Shown here: piece after piece, positions 10,130-14,504 of the stretch
Position numbering within the stretch: the stretch's first letter is position 1
Layout: each line of letters begins with the position of its first letter
Source of the DNA: Gammaproteobacteria bacterium
Lineage (GTDB): Bacteria > Pseudomonadota > Gammaproteobacteria > GCA-002705445 > GCA-002716945
Direction: 5' to 3'
Assembly: GCA_045561295.1 (NCBI GenBank)
Contig: JBJKYD010000004.1
Location: forward strand, 1 to 14,504
Length of the DNA: 14,504 bases
The notes under the pieces: model-generated
Told to the model about the DNA's origin: nothing
What the model saw: only the letters and a program-made list of their open reading frames with translations
Database searches by the model: none
Translations under genes and position numbers: made by a program

Positions 10130-11695
10130 CTAGCCAACAATTCTTTTATTAATCACATATTGCTGGGCTATAGATAATATATTGTTTGTGAGCCAGTACA
10201 AGACAAGTCCAGATGGGAAAGTAGCAAAAAGTGCTGTGAATATAAAAGGTAAGAATAAAAATATTTTTTGCTGGGTTGGGTCAGTTGGTGCCGGGTTGAG
10301 TTTCTGTTGAACATACATGGAAATGCCCATAGCAATAGGCAGTATAAACAATGGATCAGCAGATGATAAGTCTGATATCCAGCCCACAAAAGGCGCATGT
10401 CTTATCTCTATGCTTTCAACCAACACCCAATATAGAGCGATGAAAACTGGAATTTGGATAAGTATTGGGAGGCAACCCCCTAGTGGGTTCACCTTTTCTT
10501 CTTTATACATGCGCATTAGTGCTTCACTAAATTTTTTCTTATCTTCACTGTACCTCTCCTTGAGTGCTTGCATGCGAGGATTAAGTTTTTTCATTTGCGC
10601 CATAGATCGGTAGCTAGTTTCCGACAATTTAAAGAAAACAGCCTTTATCAAGATTGTTAAAATTATTATAGAGATGCCCCAATTATTAAAGAGTATATTT
10701 ATAGACTCTAATATCCAGAAAAGTGGTGCCGACAGGAACGTCAATACTCCATAATCAACTGTAAGATCGAGACCCTCTGTTAATGATGAAATTTCAGATT
10801 GTAATTTTGGTCCAACAAACATTAAAGAAGTATATGTTAAAGATTGACCAGGTGATATTTGAGAATAGTCAGTTGAGCTACCAATAGTAAATATGTTCTG
10901 ATCATATCCTGTATATATTGTTTTTTTACTAGCTGTAGTCGGAAGCCATGCTGAGAAAAAATAATGCTCTATCATGCTTATCCAGCTATTTTGTGTTTTA
11001 ACAGCTAAATCATTATCCTTAATGTCATCAAATGAAATTTTTGAAAATTTATTTTCCTCATCATAATATGCGCTGCCAGTGTATGTCGGGAGCATAATGC
11101 TCGCTGCATTATTACCATCTCTTGATATGGTCTCATAGTTTCTAACTTCAATAATTTTATCAGAGTTGTTTTTGATAGTGTTAGTTACGGTTACTTGATG
11201 CGTATCATTCAATAGTGTTATTTCTTTTATCAAATTAACCCCATTGATATTTGTAGACTCGAGGACAACGGAATTTTTTCCAGAAGCGCTTTTCTTGTTG
11301 TAAGTTGGGTATAAGTTAGTATCTAAAAGTTGAATGTTTGAGGTTGCTGAATATTTTTTATTTGGATAATCTAAAATAATAATCTGCTCATCAGAACCAA
11401 GATCAACAGAATAGTCTTTAAGCTCAGAATATAGTAATTCGCCAGTATTTATATCAAATTCTATAATAAGCTTATTGCTTTCTAATACATCTATGTTTTT
11501 TGATATTGGTGAGGATGTGTCTGGGCTATTTGGCTTAATAGAATCAGTTTTCGGCGGTTGTTTCGAATCGCTTGAAATATTATTCTCGACATTATTATTA
11601 GATGAAACTTGAGGTTGGTTATAGTCTCTGTCATAAGCGTCAAATATCAGTATCAATATAAATAAAAAACCGCTATATAAAAATAATCTGTTCAT
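10130..11695 (-). CDS. yidC: Membrane protein insertase YidC
   Basis: 521 aa; N-terminal TM, periplasmic domain (HYFFSAW, GPK, VDYG), then NWG.SII.LT, NPLGGCLP.LIQIPVF, DLS..DP and PSGLVLYW motifs. Confidence 0.98.
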   Translation of the reverse strand: MNRLFLYSGFLFILILIFDAYDRDYNQPQVSSNNNVENNISSDSKQPPKTDSIKPNSPDTSSPISKNIDVLESNKLIIEFDINTGELLYSELKDYSVDLGSDEQIIILDYPNKKYSATSNIQLLDTNLYPTYNKKSASGKNSVVLESTNINGVNLIKEITLLNDTHQVTVTNTIKNNSDKIIEVRNYETISRDGNNAASIMLPTYTGSAYYDEENKFSKISFDDIKDNDLAVKTQNSWISMIEHYFFSAWLPTTASKKTIYTGYDQNIFTIGSSTDYSQISPGQSLTYTSLMFVGPKLQSEISSLTEGLDLTVDYGVLTFLSAPLFWILESINILFNNWGISIIILTILIKAVFFKLSETSYRSMAQMKKLNPRMQALKERYSEDKKKFSEALMRMYKEEKVNPLGGCLPILIQIPVFIALYWVLVESIEIRHAPFVGWISDLSSADPLFILPIAMGISMYVQQKLNPAPTDPTQQKIFLFLPFIFTALFATFPSGLVLYWLTNNILSIAQQYVINKRIVG

Positions 11696-11940
11696 TTAGA
11701 TGGGTCCTTTTTAGGTAGAGGGTCGTGACCATGGCTACCGCCGGGTCTGCATCTTAATATTCTTTTGATGCTTAAGTAAGAGCCTCTAAAAAGCCCAAAT
11801 GTTCTTAAAGCCTCTATGGTATATTCTGAACATGTTGGCAGATGTCTGCAGGACGAAGGCATAAGAGGCGATATGATGGCCTGGTAAAGCTTAACTGCTC
11901 CTATAAACGTCAGCGTAATTGGTCTAATAAAGATTTCCAT
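11692..11940 (-). CDS. yidD: Membrane protein insertion efficiency factor YidD
   Basis: 82 aa; YQ..ISP....CR..PTCSEY..EA...G...RI.RC.P.....DP pattern; located between rnpA and yidC. Confidence 0.96.
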   Translation of the reverse strand: MEIFIRPITLTFIGAVKLYQAIISPLMPSSCRHLPTCSEYTIEALRTFGLFRGSYLSIKRILRCRPGGSHGHDPLPKKDPSK

Positions 11941-12245
11941 TCAGGCAATAGAATATCATTAATATCTTTTTTTTCAGCTTGAATTTTACTAGATATGCTT
12001 AAAAGAACTGCATATGGATTATTAATAAACGAATGTTCCCGGAATGTTTCTCTAAGCTTTCTTCTTAGGGAGTTTCTAGAAACAGCCAATGGTAGAGCCT
12101 TTTTAGATATCCTAATGCCTAACATTTGCCTAGTGTGTGGATGATAATATAGTTTCATGTAAGTACCAGAAATATTTGGACTGCCATTGAAATAAGAAAT
12201 GGTGTTTTTTGATATAGTAATTAGGTCTTTTTTAAAGGTAAACAA
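11910..12245 (-). CDS. rnpA: Ribonuclease P protein component, divergent
   Basis: 111 aa basic protein between rpmH and yidD. LGIRISKK..AVSRNSLRRKLRETFR matches a variant of the RNR motif. TTG start 1 nt after the rpmH stop. Confidence 0.88.
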   Translation of the reverse strand: MFTFKKDLITISKNTISYFNGSPNISGTYMKLYYHPHTRQMLGIRISKKALPLAVSRNSLRRKLRETFREHSFINNPYAVLLSISSKIQAEKKDINDILLPEWKSLLDQLR

Positions 12246-12246
12246 A

Positions 12247-12381
12247 TTATGGACAAAGAACAGCTCTGCCTTTCGCTCGTCTAGAACTCAGTACGGCACG
12301 ACCTGCAGCAGTTTTCATGCGTGCTCTAAAACCATGAGTTCTTTTGCGCTTTATGTTGCTTGGTTGAAATGTGCGTTTCAT
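12247..12381 (-). CDS. rpmH: 50S ribosomal protein L34
   Basis: Not in the ORF track. Manual translation gives [44 protein letters not shown] (44 aa). Confidence 0.99.
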   Translation of the reverse strand: MKRTFQPSNIKRKRTHGFRARMKTAAGRAVLSSRRAKGRAVLCP

Positions 12382-12389
12382 AGAAGTGT

Positions 12390-12418
12390 ATACTGATTCC
12401 ATATTATCTTTATGTCAA
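12390..12418 (-). promoter_or_regulatory. Candidate promoter of the rpmH operon
   Basis: Perfect TTGACA (12418-12413), 17-bp spacer, then CAGTAT (a weak -10 that keeps -11A and -7T), 8 nt before the rpmH ATG. Confidence 0.5.
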
Positions 12419-12461
12419 TATATTAATTTAGTTTTTTTCATGAGATATTGAATGTCCGACT

Positions 12462-13760
12462 ATGATCAACAACAATAATATTTGGCAAAAATGCTTAGAA
12501 GAACTATCGTCTACTTTGACCGAGAAAGATATGCGTGTCTGGATTAAGCCACTAAAGGTTGAACATGATACTAATGAAATAAAACTATATGCCCCTAATA
12601 AATTTGTGAAAGAGGAGGTTGAAAAAAACTTCTTTAATAAAATACTTTCTACGCTTGGGAAAATGAACGCTGATATTTTAGTTACTCTAAATATAGGTGC
12701 TAATATTAGGAACAGGGAAGTCGCAAGGGACCTGCCTGTTGGTTTTAAAACTAATCTGAATAAAGAAATGACGTTTGAAACCTTTGTTGAGGGAAAGTCG
12801 AACCAGTTAGCTAAAGCAGCATGTCTATCTGTAATAAAGGAGCCGGGGATTTTAAACCCTCTGTATATATATGGTGGCGTTGGTCTTGGGAAGACTCACT
12901 TGCTTCATTCAATAGGCAATCAGCTAAGCAGTGAGAATAAGAAGATTGTTTACTTGCATTCTGAAAAGTTTGTACAGAATATGGTTACAGCGTTAAGGAA
13001 TAATCAGATGGAAGAATTTAAAAAATTCTATAGGAATCTAGATGTCCTGCTGCTAGATGATATGCAATTCTTTGCAGGTAAAGAGCGATCACAGGAAGAG
13101 TTTTTCCATACATTTAATGCTTTGTTTGAAAATAAAAAACAGGTTGTTCTAACATGTGACAAATACCCAAAGGAAGTCAATGGCTTTGAGGACAGAATTA
13201 AATCCAGATTAGTTTGGGGTATGAATGTGTCAATAGATCCACCAGATCTTGAAACAAGAGTAGCGATATTACAAACAAAAGCTGAAATGTTAGATATGCC
13301 TATCACTACGGATGTTGCGTTTTTTATAGCAAAGAACATAAATTCAAACGTTAGAGAGCTTGAAGGAAACTTGCGTAGAGTTATAGCTACATCGAGATTT
13401 AAAAAGTGTACTATCTCCTTAGAATTCACTAAAGAAACATTGGCAGATTTACTTTCATTAAATCAAAGAATGATAACAATTGAACAGATACAGAAGGTCA
13501 CAGCTTCATACTACAAGACAAGAGTAAGTGATATTTTGTCATCAAAGAGAGACAAAAAAAATACACTACCAAGACATGTTGCGATGGCTCTGTGTAAGGA
13601 GCTTACAAATAACAGTCTGCCCACAATAGGAGATATGTTTGGTGGACGAGACCACACCACCGTCCTTCATGCAAACAAAAAAATTGTGAAATTAAAAAAA
13701 GAAGACTCTCAACTTGCACAAGATATAAATAATATTATACATATACTCAATAATGGGTAA
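12462..13760 (+). CDS. dnaA: Chromosomal replication initiator DnaA
   Basis: 432 aa; FETFVEGKSN, Walker A GGVGLGKTHL, Walker B LLLDD, QEEFFHTFN, VRELEG and domain IV GGRDHTTVLHA. The domain II linker is short. Confidence 0.99.
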   Translation: MINNNNIWQKCLEELSSTLTEKDMRVWIKPLKVEHDTNEIKLYAPNKFVKEEVEKNFFNKILSTLGKMNADILVTLNIGANIRNREVARDLPVGFKTNLNKEMTFETFVEGKSNQLAKAACLSVIKEPGILNPLYIYGGVGLGKTHLLHSIGNQLSSENKKIVYLHSEKFVQNMVTALRNNQMEEFKKFYRNLDVLLLDDMQFFAGKERSQEEFFHTFNALFENKKQVVLTCDKYPKEVNGFEDRIKSRLVWGMNVSIDPPDLETRVAILQTKAEMLDMPITTDVAFFIAKNINSNVRELEGNLRRVIATSRFKKCTISLEFTKETLADLLSLNQRMITIEQIQKVTASYYKTRVSDILSSKRDKKNTLPRHVAMALCKELTNNSLPTIGDMFGGRDHTTVLHANKKIVKLKKEDSQLAQDINNIIHILNNG

Positions 13761-13909
13761 AACCTGTTAATAAGTTTACAGAATAAAGTTATCCACAAAA
13801 TATACAGGACTCATCAGATACTTAACCACATATCAATAACAGGCAAGACAACAAAACGCGGACTAAAAATAATGAAAAAGAAGATTTAAAAATAACATAT
13901 AATATATAT
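13754..13909. other. oriC: Putative replication origin oriC (DnaA boxes plus AT-rich unwinding region)
   Basis: Perfect TTATCCACA at 13789-13797. One-mismatch boxes (versus TTWTNCACA) at 13822-13830 (TTAACCACA, +), 13765-13773 (TTATTAACA, -) and 13754-13762 (TTTTACCCA, -). A very AT-rich tract follows at 13864-13909. It lies in the dnaA-dnaN spacer, the largest intergenic gap in the window. Confidence 0.8.
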
Positions 13910-14504
13910 ATGAATATTACTTTTAATACCCACGATTTAATTAATAAGATTAAAAATATAGCCCCAACTGCTGAAGCTAAGCAAACTCTAGCAATACTTG
14001 GTAACATGAAAGTTGAGATTAATGCTGGCAAAGCAGTATTTACAGCATCTGATCTTGAGATAGAAGTGTCTACGTCAATGGCATGCACATCAGATCAGGA
14101 CGGAAGCTTCACAATACCCGCTAAGAAAATGCTCGAGATTTGCAACGCACTATCTGCACATAACGAGATTAAAATATCTGTTACTGATACAAAAGCTGAT
14201 CTTACAGCAGGTAAAAGCAAAGTCTCACTTCAGATAATTCCAGCAGCAGATTATCCTAAAATGGAAAGAAACGAATCTAGTGATGCTATAAATATAGATA
14301 ATGATGAACTTTCGAATATTATTAATAAAACTTCATTTGCCATGGCGTATCAAGATGCCAGACATTTTCTTAATGGACTACATGTTTGCAATAATGAAGG
14401 GAAATTAACCTCTGTCTGCACAGATGGGCACAGACTTGCAAAATACACATCTACAATCACGTGTAGTGATGACTTATCTATTATAATTCCACGGAAATGT
14501 GTTA
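13910..14504 (+). CDS. dnaN: DNA polymerase III beta sliding clamp, N-terminal part (continues past the right edge)
   Basis: Not in the ORF track. Manual translation from the ATG at 13910 gives MNITFNTHDL..QTLAILGN..TASDLEIEV..TIPAKK..DYP..TSFAMAYQDARHFLNGL..TDGHRLA..IIPRK. Confidence 0.98.
   Translation, partial: MNITFNTHDLINKIKNIAPTAEAKQTLAILGNMKVEINAGKAVFTASDLEIEVSTSMACTSDQDGSFTIPAKKMLEICNALSAHNEIKISVTDTKADLTAGKSKVSLQIIPAADYPKMERNESSDAINIDNDELSNIINKTSFAMAYQDARHFLNGLHVCNNEGKLTSVCTDGHRLAKYTSTITCSDDLSIIIPRKCV

Noticed and set aside
10168-10398. 76-aa minus ORF inside yidC
   Set aside because: It is an alternative frame of the conserved YidC C-terminal TM region with no independent support.
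12199-12396. 65-aa plus ORF
   Set aside because: It is antisense to the real rpmH and the rnpA start.
12448-12476. Plus-strand TTGAAT-N17-AACAAT promoter-like match
   Set aside because: Its TSS would fall downstream of the dnaA ATG, and there is no plausible alternative start before the conserved IWQKCL.
13028-14088. Minus ORFs 13028-13429 and 13822-14088
   Set aside because: They are antisense to dnaA and to dnaN/oriC.

Overview
This is the chromosomal origin region of an AT-rich, very compactly encoded gammaproteobacterium. On the minus strand, reading right to left, it carries rpmH-rnpA-yidD-yidC-mnmE-mnmG-rsmG-parA-parB and then the F1F0 ATP synthase operon atpI-B-E-F-H-A-G (atpG runs off the left edge). 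On the plus strand are dnaA, a spacer of about 150 bp with phased DnaA boxes (the likely oriC) and the 5' part of dnaN. All long ORFs are explained by housekeeping genes, and I see no mobile element, CRISPR array, RNA gene or novel gene cluster. What merits a second look is fine-scale. The RsmG keeps its SAM-binding motifs but has changed most conserved substrate-side residues. ParB lacks the basic residue of its ParA-activating LG(R/K)GL peptide, and RnpA is divergent. The oriC is minimal and lacks GATC. Several SD-less genes have -10 boxes placed as for leaderless mRNAs, and a palindrome sits at the atp transcription start. Comparisons with reference proteins are from memory and by eye, and need alignment to confirm.
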